A DNA stretch of 64,000 nucleotides, taken from Brevibacterium luteolum (GTDB lineage: Bacteria; Actinomycetota; Actinomycetes; Actinomycetales; Brevibacteriaceae). The notes beneath the pieces were generated by a model. It ran no database searches and was not told the DNA's origin. It saw nothing but the letters and a program-made list of their open reading frames with translations. Below, piece by piece: positions 37,411 through 46,966 of this stretch. The DNA is taken from the NCBI RefSeq assembly GCF_013004595.1, contig NZ_JABEMC010000001.1:434001-498000 (forward strand), given 5' to 3'. The position numbers and the translations under genes are program-made. Numbering within the stretch: the first letter of the stretch is position 1; every line of letters begins with the position of its first letter.

Positions 37411-39711
37411 ATGCTGACCAAAATTCTCAATGTTGAGGGCGTAGGGCTTCTACGTCGAGCCAATGGAGGCGCTAGGCACCTTTTCGGCAAGAACACTTTA
37501 CTCTACGCCGAGAACGGTCGTGGAAAGTCGACCCTGTCCAGCGTGCTCACATCGTGCGCAACCCGAGACACAGAATTAATCGAGGATCGCATCACGATCG
37601 GCGGCCAGGTACAACCAGCGGCGAAACTCCTGTTTGAGTCTGCACTTGCCGAGTACAAGAACGGGTCATGGAGCGGGTACACCCCTGAGATCCTCGTATA
37701 TGACGGCCATTTTGTTAACTCGAACGTCCATACTGGAAATGAGATCACGAGCAACCAGAGAGCGAATTTGCTCGACTTCGCTCTGGGTTCGTCAGCAGTT
37801 AAGGCGCGACAGCGCGAGCAAAAGGCCACATTGGCGGAGAAACGAGAGAGCAGTGACGTAAAGGAAGTGCGGCAAAAAATAGAAGCGCTTCTAGCAGGGA
37901 AAATGGCGGTACCGCAGTTCCGTGCGCTCAAGAAAGACACCAAGATAGACCAGAAGATCGCAAGGGCTGAAAAGCGCTTGAGTGAGCTGGTCCGGTCCGC
38001 TGATATTAAACGTCAGCCGATACCCGAACAGTATGAAATTCCAAAATTGAACATCGGTGAGGTAGTCGAGGTGCTGAATTCGACCCTCGAAAGCGTTCAC
38101 GCCAAAGCAGCGGCTAAAGTGTCTGATCATCTCGCTAGTTTGAAAGATGCGAACTCAGCGGCCTGGATTCGTCAGGGATTGGATATTGCCAACGACGATC
38201 AGTGCCCATTCTGTGGACAGGACACGTCCGCAGTTGACTTGCTAGATATGTATAAGATCTACTTCGACCAAGCGTACACAGATTTGCAACAGAGTGTGGG
38301 GCGGACGGCGCGGCAGGTTCTGGAGCGGACTGATCTTAGTCAAATTGGCGCGTTCGCAAAGGTTCGCACGCGGAACAACGAGATTTTGGAACAATGGAAA
38401 GACTATATTCGGATTCCAAATCTGGACGATAGTCAAGACGAGTTTGCTCGCCTGGCCTTAGAAAACCTCAGGGAGTCACTGGAGTCGCTCTTTTTACGAA
38501 AGGAGGCGTCTCTAGGAGATGCGTGCGTCGAAGATAGTCAGATTGAAGATCTTCAAGCGGAGTGGGATCGTTTTACGAACGTTTATAAAGAAGAGAATCA
38601 AGTGATTCTTTCAACGTTGTCCGATATCGGTAAGTACAAGAAGAACTTGGATGCTTCTAGTCTGGATGAGCAGCGCGATGAACTCGATAATCTGCGTCTC
38701 GTGAAGTTACGGTATGACGCAGACACTGTCGCATTGCTCTCCACGCTGAGTGCTGCTGAAACCAGCTTGAAGAACGCTCGGAAGGCCAAGAAGGAAGCTC
38801 GGGGCGAGCTTGATCAGATCATGAAGGACACGCTCATTCAGTTCAAGGATACAATTAATGACCATTTGGCTGCCTTTAATGCGGAATTTCGGATAGCGGA
38901 ATTCAATCATAATTACTTAGGTCAGGCCCCGCGCGTTGAGTATCAGATTCGTTTGCGAGGGGAGTCTATTGAGTTGAGCGGGGGTCGACCCACCTTTGCG
39001 ACCGCCTTAAGCGAAGGAGACAAGAAGACTATGGGCTTTGCATTCTTCGCAGCCTCTACTCTTGCTGATCCAGACTTGGGTGAGAAGATTGTCGTAATTG
39101 ATGACCCTATGAGTAGCCTTGATGCGCCTCGTCGCGAACACACTATGAAAGTTATTGAACAGATTTCGGGTGAGGCGAAGCAGTTAATTCTGATGGCGCA
39201 CGATGGTCACTTCCTCAGGGGCGTACGGGATCGCTTGTTGAGATCAGGCGATGCTCCCGATGTGACGCAAGTCTCATTAAGGATGTCTAGCGGTCACTAT
39301 TCTGATATTGGACTCATCGACCTGGATGCTCTTTGTCAATCTGATTATTTGAGAAATTACAAGCTTGTTTCAGGCGTAGTGTCCGGCGAGCTCAACGGCG
39401 TTGATGATGTGAAGTCCGGGGCGATTGCTTTGCGCCCCTTGCTTGAAGGTTATCTGCATCGTAAGTATCCGGAGGTGATTCCGACTGGAGTGACGTTAGG
39501 TTCAGCAATCACAGCAATTGAGGACTCATCAGGTTCAGACTCCCCCTGTGCAGCTATGGCCTCTCGCGTTGAAGAACTCCGGGAGATGAACGCTTACGCT
39601 AGCCGTTTCCACCACGAGACTCAGCCAGACTACGTTGCTGCGCAATGTGCTGATCACCGTGAAGTTGCTAATCATGGTAAGAGGATTTTGGAGTTTATTC
39701 ATTCTGCGTAG
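37411..39711 (+). CDS. SMC/Rad50-like AAA ATPase with zinc hook (RloC-like), low GC
   Basis: YAENGRGKST, CPFCGQ, LSEGDK, IVVIDDPMSSLD, LMAHD, C-terminal RPLLEGYL...SRFHH; GGAGG RBS; AT-richer codons. Confidence 0.85.
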   Translation: MLTKILNVEGVGLLRRANGGARHLFGKNTLLYAENGRGKSTLSSVLTSCATRDTELIEDRITIGGQVQPAAKLLFESALAEYKNGSWSGYTPEILVYDGHFVNSNVHTGNEITSNQRANLLDFALGSSAVKARQREQKATLAEKRESSDVKEVRQKIEALLAGKMAVPQFRALKKDTKIDQKIARAEKRLSELVRSADIKRQPIPEQYEIPKLNIGEVVEVLNSTLESVHAKAAAKVSDHLASLKDANSAAWIRQGLDIANDDQCPFCGQDTSAVDLLDMYKIYFDQAYTDLQQSVGRTARQVLERTDLSQIGAFAKVRTRNNEILEQWKDYIRIPNLDDSQDEFARLALENLRESLESLFLRKEASLGDACVEDSQIEDLQAEWDRFTNVYKEENQVILSTLSDIGKYKKNLDASSLDEQRDELDNLRLVKLRYDADTVALLSTLSAAETSLKNARKAKKEARGELDQIMKDTLIQFKDTINDHLAAFNAEFRIAEFNHNYLGQAPRVEYQIRLRGESIELSGGRPTFATALSEGDKKTMGFAFFAASTLADPDLGEKIVVIDDPMSSLDAPRREHTMKVIEQISGEAKQLILMAHDGHFLRGVRDRLLRSGDAPDVTQVSLRMSSGHYSDIGLIDLDALCQSDYLRNYKLVSGVVSGELNGVDDVKSGAIALRPLLEGYLHRKYPEVIPTGVTLGSAITAIEDSSGSDSPCAAMASRVEELREMNAYASRFHHETQPDYVAAQCADHREVANHGKRILEFIHSA

Positions 39712-39980
39712 GTCGGGCCCGCGGAGCCTATTTTAAGTGGAAGAAACATGCGCACAATAGCTGTGGCGTAGGCGTCGCGACGCTACCGGTCTACCCGCCT
39801 TTTATCGTTTGGTTCCGGTGTGGGTGCGGAAGGTTGTTCTGACTGGGGGGGGGAGCGTAGGAGGTAATGTTTGGCTGTCGTCCTACGTTGCCTTTGGCGC
39901 ACTTTCTGCGCTGGCCGACTCACCCGCCTTGTCAGTTTCAATACATGAGACACTCAGGAGATACATCAAGGAGGCTTGCT

Positions 39981-41471
39981 ATGAGCGACGACTCGCCGAT
40001 CATCGACGTCATCACGACGATCAACACCCCACTGACCTATGTCCTCATCGCGGTTCTCGGCGCCGCCGGACTGTATCTGTCGATCCGCACCGGAATCGTG
40101 CAGCTGCGGCTGCTGCCGGAGATGTTCCGGGTCATCGGCGAATCGGCCGGACGCGACTCGGCAGGGGAGAAGCAGATCTCCTCGTTTCGCGCCTTCTGCG
40201 TCTCCGCAGCCTCCCGCGTGGGCACCGGCAACATCGCCGGCATCGCCCTGGCGATCTCCGTCGGCGGACCCGGTGCGGTGTTCTGGATGTGGCTGCTGGC
40301 CCTTATCGGCTCGGCGACCGCGTTCACCGAATCCACGCTGAGCCAGCTGTACAAGGTCAAGGACCAGGCCGCCTACCGCGGCGGCCCGGCCTACTACATG
40401 AAGCTCGGCCTGCGGAAGCCGTGGATGGGCGCGTTCTTCGCTGTCATCATCGCCATCACCTACGGGCTTGTGTTCAACTCCGTGCAGTCGAACTCGATCG
40501 TCGATGCCACCAGCACCTCCTTCGGCGCCCAGGGTGAGGCCGGCCGCGAGATGATGGCGATCGTCATCGGCATTGCGCTTGCCCTGCTCGTCGGCGTCAT
40601 CATCCTCGGCGGCGTGCACCGCATCTCGATGCTCTCGTCAATCATCGTCCCGGTCATGGCGGTGCTCTACCTCATCCTCGGCATCATCGTCGTGTTCATG
40701 AACCTCGACACCGTCCCGCGCATGTTCGAGCTCATCGTCTTCAACGCCTTCGGCCTGCGCCCGGTCATGGGCGCCGGGGTCGGCCTCATCATCATGACCG
40801 GCATCCAGCGCGGCCTCTTCTCCAACGAGGCCGGCATGGGCTCAGTCCCGAACGCCGCAGCGACCTCCTCGGTGTCGCACCCGGTCAAGCAGGGACTCGT
40901 GCAGAGCCTCGGCGTGTACTTCGACACGATGATCGTGTGTACGATCACCGCTTTCATCGTGCTGCTGTCCAACCCCGAATACGGCACCGCCGCCGGCGCC
41001 TCACTGACCCAGACCGCACTGTCGGACCAGCTCGGCCAGTGGGCCGTGCACTTCCTGACCATCGCGATCTTCCTCTTCGCCTTCTCCTCGATCCTGGGCA
41101 ACTACTACTACGGCGAGACGAACATCCAGTTCCTCACCGACCGCCGTTGGGTGCTCAGCGTCTACCGCGCGATCGTGCTCATCGCCGTGTTCGTCGGCGC
41201 CGTGCTCGCCCTGCCGGTCGTGTGGGAGGCGGCGAACCTGTTCATGACGATCATGGCGCTGACGAACCTCGTGGCCGTCATCCTGCTCGGCCGCAAAGCC
41301 GTGTGGCTGCTCAAGGACTACCTGCGCCAGCGCAAGGACAACCGCGAGCCGGTCTTCAGCCGTGAGCAGCTCGACGACCAGCGCGGCATCGAAGCCTGGG
41401 ACGGTGCCGATGAGGTGACCCGCCCGGAGTTCTGGGACGAGCAGGCCCAGGCGAAGCAGAAGAACCGCTGA
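39981..41471 (+). CDS. Alanine/glycine:cation symporter (AGCS)
   Basis: RVGTGNIAG, GGPGAVFWMW, GGPAYY, RGLFSNEAGMGS, HPVKQG. Confidence 0.93.
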   Translation: MSDDSPIIDVITTINTPLTYVLIAVLGAAGLYLSIRTGIVQLRLLPEMFRVIGESAGRDSAGEKQISSFRAFCVSAASRVGTGNIAGIALAISVGGPGAVFWMWLLALIGSATAFTESTLSQLYKVKDQAAYRGGPAYYMKLGLRKPWMGAFFAVIIAITYGLVFNSVQSNSIVDATSTSFGAQGEAGREMMAIVIGIALALLVGVIILGGVHRISMLSSIIVPVMAVLYLILGIIVVFMNLDTVPRMFELIVFNAFGLRPVMGAGVGLIIMTGIQRGLFSNEAGMGSVPNAAATSSVSHPVKQGLVQSLGVYFDTMIVCTITAFIVLLSNPEYGTAAGASLTQTALSDQLGQWAVHFLTIAIFLFAFSSILGNYYYGETNIQFLTDRRWVLSVYRAIVLIAVFVGAVLALPVVWEAANLFMTIMALTNLVAVILLGRKAVWLLKDYLRQRKDNREPVFSREQLDDQRGIEAWDGADEVTRPEFWDEQAQAKQKNR

Positions 41472-41483
41472 GCCAGCAGGCGA

Positions 41484-42560
41484 TCAGAGCCTGAGCTCGA
41501 AGATCGCCTCAGCGAGGAAGCCGGTGAAGCCGAGCTCCTCATTCACCCGCAGCATTGGGGTGTTCTCCGCGGCATTCCACGTCATCACGTAGGGCGCCTC
41601 GGGCACCTCGACGCGCAGGCGCAGCAGGTTGGCCGCCTTGACGAGCTTCCCGAGGCGGTGGCCGCGGTGCGGGCCGGCGACGAGCGTGTCCCACTGCTCA
41701 ACCGCGTTGGACGGTGAGGCTGCCGGGCTGGCGAGCTCGTTGTAGGCGACGAGCTCACCGGTCGGCAGGTGCTCGGCAACCGCGAGGAACACACGGTGGG
41801 TCACGGCGTATTCGACGTAGGCATCGCGGATCCGCTCGGCATCCCAGCGTTCGGCGACGATGTCGAGCCCGCCGTGCGGAATGTCGATCGACATCCGGCT
41901 GACGAGGGCCGCCATCGCCTCCAGGCGGTCGTCGAGAACTCCGCCCTCCCACAGGTGAACCCGGTAATCGGACCCGGCAGACGCCTCGGCGTCGGCAAAC
42001 GCGCGTTCGAGCAGCTCGGTGCTGCCGGTGAGCTCATACCGGGAGACCCGCTCGATCTGGCCGAGCGTCATCCCCAGGCCGCGCGCGAGGCGGACACCGG
42101 GGTGGTCTGCGGGCACGACTCCGTGCCCGGTGGGGGAGCGCAGCAGCTTGACCGCACTCGGCTCGGTGATGACCGGGGTCGAGACATAGCCGTGCACAAG
42201 CCGAGCGCCGGCGCTGCGGGCAGCGGTCAGTGCCGCCTCGGCGAGCCGGCGGCCGATGCCCTGGCCGCGGTGGTCGGGGTGGACGAAGACAGTGAGCTCG
42301 GCAGCAGCATCGGTATCGCGCAGCTGCAGTCCCAGCCGGGCATGGCCGAGGGCGGTTTCGCCGTCGCGGGCCAGCCAGCGGCGGACGTGCAGGTTCGTGT
42401 TCGCGACCTCGGAGCGGTAGTCCTCGGCCGGGTCGGTGTCCCATTCGCCGGAGCCGATGGTCTCGGCGTTGCCGAGGCGGACGAGATGGCGGTGGTCGAG
42501 CCAGTCGGGGTGGTCAGGTGATGAAGGACGGGCGACCTCTGCGACGGTGCAGGCAGGCAT
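41484..42560 (-). CDS. Tandem GNAT acetyltransferase
   Basis: VHPDHRGQGIG, HRGHRLG, TWNAAEN.PM..VNEELGF. Confidence 0.85.
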   Translation of the reverse strand: MPACTVAEVARPSSPDHPDWLDHRHLVRLGNAETIGSGEWDTDPAEDYRSEVANTNLHVRRWLARDGETALGHARLGLQLRDTDAAAELTVFVHPDHRGQGIGRRLAEAALTAARSAGARLVHGYVSTPVITEPSAVKLLRSPTGHGVVPADHPGVRLARGLGMTLGQIERVSRYELTGSTELLERAFADAEASAGSDYRVHLWEGGVLDDRLEAMAALVSRMSIDIPHGGLDIVAERWDAERIRDAYVEYAVTHRVFLAVAEHLPTGELVAYNELASPAASPSNAVEQWDTLVAGPHRGHRLGKLVKAANLLRLRVEVPEAPYVMTWNAAENTPMLRVNEELGFTGFLAEAIFELRL

Positions 42561-42806
42561 GACGGGGCCTTTCGGAAAGTGATGACAGTGATGATCAGGT
42601 GGGGTCGCTGAGACCGCCGTGGAGCGACGGTGCCCGACACGGAACAGTCAGCGGGCAGGGTCGTCTCAGACGCCCTGCAGCAGCGTGACGATCGTCATAG
42701 CTGCCGACGCTACCACGGCTGTGGCGCGTGTGGATCGCACCGGAATCATCGACCTTCCGCCTGGTTGCTGAGCTCGCGCAGAATCGGCTTCATATCGGTG
42801 TATATG

Positions 42807-42820
42807 CACGTAATTACGTG
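42807..42820. promoter_or_regulatory. Perfect 14-bp palindrome, candidate operator
   Basis: CACGTAATTACGTG in AT-rich region about 100 bp before the ABC cluster. Confidence 0.4.
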
Positions 42821-42920
42821 AACGTACTTACATATGACCCTGCGGATTTCTGGACGTACGCTGTGCACGACAACCCGACTTATTGACTAAGTGTTCATAT
42901 AAAAGAAAGCGGTTCTGGCC

Positions 42921-45419
42921 ATGCGTTCCATCCGGCGATTCCTCGTCGCAGCAGCCACCTCAGCAGCACTCATCGCCGCGCCATTCTCCACCTCAGCGCT
43001 CGCCGCTCCGGCCCCGGGTGACACCGCCGTCGCCCCCGCCGTTGCCGGCACCTGCGGGGATGACCGGACCGACCTGTGGGACGACGTGCCCCAGGTCGGC
43101 AAGCGCAACGTCGTGACGACTGAGCATTCCGATTCCGTGGCGATGTGCCTGACCGGAGGTCAGATGCACATGTTCAGCCTCGTCGACTGGGCACCGGAAG
43201 GAGGCCAGTACCGCCCGCACACCCGGCACGCGGCGAACTCGCTGTTCTTCAACGTCAACGACAAGCTGAAGATGGCCCTGCCGGCCGAGCCGAAGTGGGA
43301 ATTCACCGGAGCCGCCGGCACGGAAGCCTGGGTGATCCCGCAGCAGCAGAACCCGGAGGGAATCTGGGCCGGTTGGAACACCCAGGACATCCGGGAAGCT
43401 GACATCGACGGGCCGGTCACCATGTCGATCGATTCGGCCAAGTCGAGCGTGCCTGAGGGGGCCAACGTCGAGTTGTTCCAGTTCGGCATCTTCGGCGAAT
43501 CCAAGCGGATCCTATCGCTCAACGACGATGCGCACCGCACTTACCAGCAGCCGGCGAACGCCCACGTGCACTCGAACTGGTCGTTCACCCACCCGGGCAT
43601 CTACAAGCTGCACTTCACCGCGACTGCCACTCCGAAGGATGGACAGCCGACGAGTGCCGGACAGGACTACTACTTCGTCGTCGGTGACTACAACGACTAC
43701 GCCGACGAGCTCACGGAGATCGACATCCCGCCGACTGAGGACCCGACCGAGGATCCCACCGGCGAGCCGACCGATGATCCCAGCCAGACGCCTCCCGAGG
43801 ACAGCGATCTGCCGCGGGTGAGCATCAAGGGCGACCGCACCCACTACCGTGTGGGCGACCCGGCGAACTTCTCGGCCGTGCTGCAGGACAGCGATCGCAT
43901 CGGCGTGCTGTACTGGGAGACCGCTGCAGCCGGTTCGAAGCACTGGAACCGGCAGGGCAACAACGCCGACAACACCTACACGATCCGCGAGATCACCGAC
44001 AAGCACGACGGCACGCGCGTGCGGGCGATCTACCAGGTCGACGGCGGCGGAATCGCAGCCTCGAACGAGTTCGTCATCAAGGTCCGCGGCTCCGCCGAGG
44101 ACGAATCCGATGACAACGGCGAAGATGAGCCCGGCGGCGACGAGACCGCAACGCCTGATGAGACCGAATCGCCCAATGAGGGCGAGGGGTCAGAGAAGGA
44201 CGGCTCCGAGAACGACGGTTCGAAGGACTCTGACGCCAAGGGCAACGCCAGCGGCAGCGGCTCCGGCAGCGGTGCTGGCAGCTCCGGTTCCGGTGCCAGC
44301 GGCACCGGCGCCTCGGGCGCGGGATCTGGCGGATCCGGTGGCAAGACCTACGCCGTGTGCACCCCCGACTCCGCACCGAACGGACACGGCGGCACCGGAG
44401 CCTCCGGTGGCGGCGGTGCTGGTGGCGGCGCCGGCGGCGGCGCCGAGGGCCAGGGCACCGAAGGCGACGAGGCACCCGCTGGTGAGCGCGTGCAGGTCTC
44501 CGACGGACACTTCGACTTCGGCCCCCGGATGCGCGGGAACTCCGTCAAGGCGCAGCTCAAGGACGACCGCGAGGCGCCGCCGACCTGGCGTGACCCGGCA
44601 GACGTCGAGTTCCTCATCAGCGATGCGGCCAAGCAGCCGCTGCCGGACCAAGGCTTCGACTTCGTCGGCAACCCCGGCGACGAGGTGTGGATGATCAGCC
44701 AGGTGCAGCAGACCGGTGTGCCGTGGCTGGGCTGGAACACCCAGGACCCCGAGCTCGTCAACAACGCCTCGGCCGTCAACATGCGCCTCGACTCCGTCAA
44801 CGGACCCGGCAAGCTCAACGTGTTCGTCGGCGGTGGCGGATTCGGTGGCACCGACGTCAAGCAGGTCTTCCAGCAGGCCGGCGACTCCTACGACATCCCG
44901 ATGCGCACCCATGAGCACGGCTACTGGGTGTTCACCGCAGCCGGACAGTACACCGCGGACATCACCTTCACCGTCACCACCGCAGCAGGTGAGCAGCTGA
45001 GCGCCTCGGGCACCCTGCACTTCACCGTCGGCGGCGACGCCAACGCCGGTGGCGAGGCCCAGGCTGGCGGCGCCGTTGCACAGGCCGCCGGCGCACAGCC
45101 GGGCCAGCCGGGTCAGCCCGGTGCTCCCGGACAGCCGGGCCAGCCAGGCGAAGCTGGCCAGCCGGGAGCCGATCCGAGCGCCTCGGCAACCCCGTCGAGC
45201 GCACCGGCCGGTGCCGGCGCCTCGGGCGCGGGCAGTTCCGGGACGATGACGGACAAGGGCGGCAACCCGGTTCCGGCCGGCGCCAAGATCCGCTACGTCG
45301 ACTGCTCGAACCTGCCGCGCACCGGTGCCGGCTCGATCGGCTACTACGTCGCCGGCGGCGCGGTGCTCATCGCGCTGGGCGTGGTGCTCCTGTCTGCCCG
45401 CCGAAAGGAAGACAGCTGA
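42921..45419 (+). CDS. LPXTG-anchored transporter-associated surface protein with two TIGR03769-type domains
   Basis: Signal peptide; W.GWNTQD twice; HVHSNWSFTHPG and HEHGYWVFTAAG; GHFD; LPRTG + TM + RRK. Confidence 0.85.
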   Translation: MRSIRRFLVAAATSAALIAAPFSTSALAAPAPGDTAVAPAVAGTCGDDRTDLWDDVPQVGKRNVVTTEHSDSVAMCLTGGQMHMFSLVDWAPEGGQYRPHTRHAANSLFFNVNDKLKMALPAEPKWEFTGAAGTEAWVIPQQQNPEGIWAGWNTQDIREADIDGPVTMSIDSAKSSVPEGANVELFQFGIFGESKRILSLNDDAHRTYQQPANAHVHSNWSFTHPGIYKLHFTATATPKDGQPTSAGQDYYFVVGDYNDYADELTEIDIPPTEDPTEDPTGEPTDDPSQTPPEDSDLPRVSIKGDRTHYRVGDPANFSAVLQDSDRIGVLYWETAAAGSKHWNRQGNNADNTYTIREITDKHDGTRVRAIYQVDGGGIAASNEFVIKVRGSAEDESDDNGEDEPGGDETATPDETESPNEGEGSEKDGSENDGSKDSDAKGNASGSGSGSGAGSSGSGASGTGASGAGSGGSGGKTYAVCTPDSAPNGHGGTGASGGGGAGGGAGGGAEGQGTEGDEAPAGERVQVSDGHFDFGPRMRGNSVKAQLKDDREAPPTWRDPADVEFLISDAAKQPLPDQGFDFVGNPGDEVWMISQVQQTGVPWLGWNTQDPELVNNASAVNMRLDSVNGPGKLNVFVGGGGFGGTDVKQVFQQAGDSYDIPMRTHEHGYWVFTAAGQYTADITFTVTTAAGEQLSASGTLHFTVGGDANAGGEAQAGGAVAQAAGAQPGQPGQPGAPGQPGQPGEAGQPGADPSASATPSSAPAGAGASGAGSSGTMTDKGGNPVPAGAKIRYVDCSNLPRTGAGSIGYYVAGGAVLIALGVVLLSARRKEDS

Positions 45420-45424
45420 GGCGC

Positions 45425-46966
45425 ATGCGCCGGCTGGCCGCACTGTGCACGACCCTGACCCTGGCCATCTCCGGGTGCGTGGCGAAGCCGCTGCTGAGCG
45501 CGCACCCGGAGGACGGCAGGCTGCAGGTGGTGGCGACGACGAACGTCATCGCCGACATCGCCGCCCAGGTCGGCGGAGAGCACGTGCAGGTCGCCAGCCT
45601 CGTGCCGCCGGGGGCGGACCCGCACTCCTATGAGCCGACGCTGCGCGATGTGCGCAATATCGTCTACGCCGACGTCGCGTTCTCCAACTACGTGCTGCTC
45701 GAAGAGCACAAGCTCATCAAGACCCTCGACTCCAACATCAGCCCGCAGGCGGCGAACGTCGCCCTGGCCGAAGGTGCGGTGAAGTACGCCGCCGAGGTGA
45801 TCCCGCTCGTCGAGGACGTCTCGCTCGACACGATCTGGCTGGGCCTGCGCGTCCACGGCGGCGGCAGCCGATTCGGCGCCGACCGCACAAGCGATATGCA
45901 CCTGCGGCTGACCGGATTCTCTGGGCCGGGCACGATGCACGGGTTCCTTACCGAGGGTCTGGGCCAGACGTCGATGTACTTCGATACCAGCGACGGTGTC
46001 GACCCGAGTGAGGACGAGGCGGTGCTGCCGGCCAATGCGCACACGCACTTGAGCTGGGCGTTCTCCAAGCCGGGTGTCTACACCGCGACCTTCGCCGGCA
46101 GCGTGCGGCCGGAGGCCGACGGGCCGCAGAAGCGGGTCGGGGAAGCGACGTTCACCTTCGTCGTCGGTAAGGACCCGTCCCAGATCCCGGAGCTGGCTGG
46201 ACGTGAGCGGCTGGCCGGCGGGCATGCCGATGTCACGATGAACCTCGACAAGCAGGCGATGGAGATCGTCTACGACGACACGAGCGGCGGGACGGTCGAG
46301 CACCGGCACATCCCCGCCTCGGACGCGGTCATCGAGGTGACGAACAAGGCCTGGCAGGAGATCCCGTCCGGGGCCGGGTTCCTCGGGCCGAGGGGCTCAT
46401 CGGTGTACCTGCTGCCGCAGGCGGTGCTCGGCAAGCACGTCCACGGTGAGATCGACCCGCACCTGTGGCATTCGGTGACGAACGCGATCGCCTACGCCAA
46501 GCTCATCCGCGACACCTTCATCGCAAAGGACCCTGCGCACAGGGACGAGTACCACGCCGCCGCCGAGGCATACATCGACCGGCTCGATGCGCTCGATGAC
46601 GAGGTGCGGAAGACGATCGCCGAGATCCCCGAGTCCCGCCGCCACCTGGTGACTACGCATGACGCGTTCGCCTACCTGGCCAAGGACTACGGCATCCCAG
46701 TGGCAGGCTTCGTCACCCCGAACCCGTCGACCGAACCGTCGATCACCGACATGGTGAGGCTCACCGACACGGTGCGCAACCTCAAAGTGCCCGCCGTGTT
46801 CCTCGAACCCCAGCTGGCCAGCCGTGCGCAGACGCTGCGCGAACTAGCCTCCGTCACCGGCATCGACGTCTGCCCGATCTACTCCGATGCCTTCGATGAC
46901 ACCGTTACGACCTATGAAGGGCTCATGCGCTTCAACGCCCGATCACTCACGAGGTGCCTGTCATGA
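45425..46966 (+). CDS. Anchored-repeat ABC transporter metal-binding lipoprotein (ZnuA/TroA-like with insert)
   Basis: Lipobox ISGC, DPHSYEP, DPHLW, TTHDAFAY, YSD; inserted HTHLSWAFSKPG domain. Confidence 0.9.
   Translation: MRRLAALCTTLTLAISGCVAKPLLSAHPEDGRLQVVATTNVIADIAAQVGGEHVQVASLVPPGADPHSYEPTLRDVRNIVYADVAFSNYVLLEEHKLIKTLDSNISPQAANVALAEGAVKYAAEVIPLVEDVSLDTIWLGLRVHGGGSRFGADRTSDMHLRLTGFSGPGTMHGFLTEGLGQTSMYFDTSDGVDPSEDEAVLPANAHTHLSWAFSKPGVYTATFAGSVRPEADGPQKRVGEATFTFVVGKDPSQIPELAGRERLAGGHADVTMNLDKQAMEIVYDDTSGGTVEHRHIPASDAVIEVTNKAWQEIPSGAGFLGPRGSSVYLLPQAVLGKHVHGEIDPHLWHSVTNAIAYAKLIRDTFIAKDPAHRDEYHAAAEAYIDRLDALDDEVRKTIAEIPESRRHLVTTHDAFAYLAKDYGIPVAGFVTPNPSTEPSITDMVRLTDTVRNLKVPAVFLEPQLASRAQTLRELASVTGIDVCPIYSDAFDDTVTTYEGLMRFNARSLTRCLS

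Noticed and set aside
36646..39980. Prophage or integrative element at tRNA-His
   Set aside because: No integrase, phage genes or duplicated tRNA 3' end (att) found by eye
39712..39980. Glycine riboswitch or phase-variable G9 tract (39845-39853) before the symporter
   Set aside because: No recognisable aptamer motifs; the G-run alone is not sufficient evidence
45095..45170. Collagen-like (GQP)n segment
   Set aside because: Only about 8 triplets; more likely a wall-spanning linker
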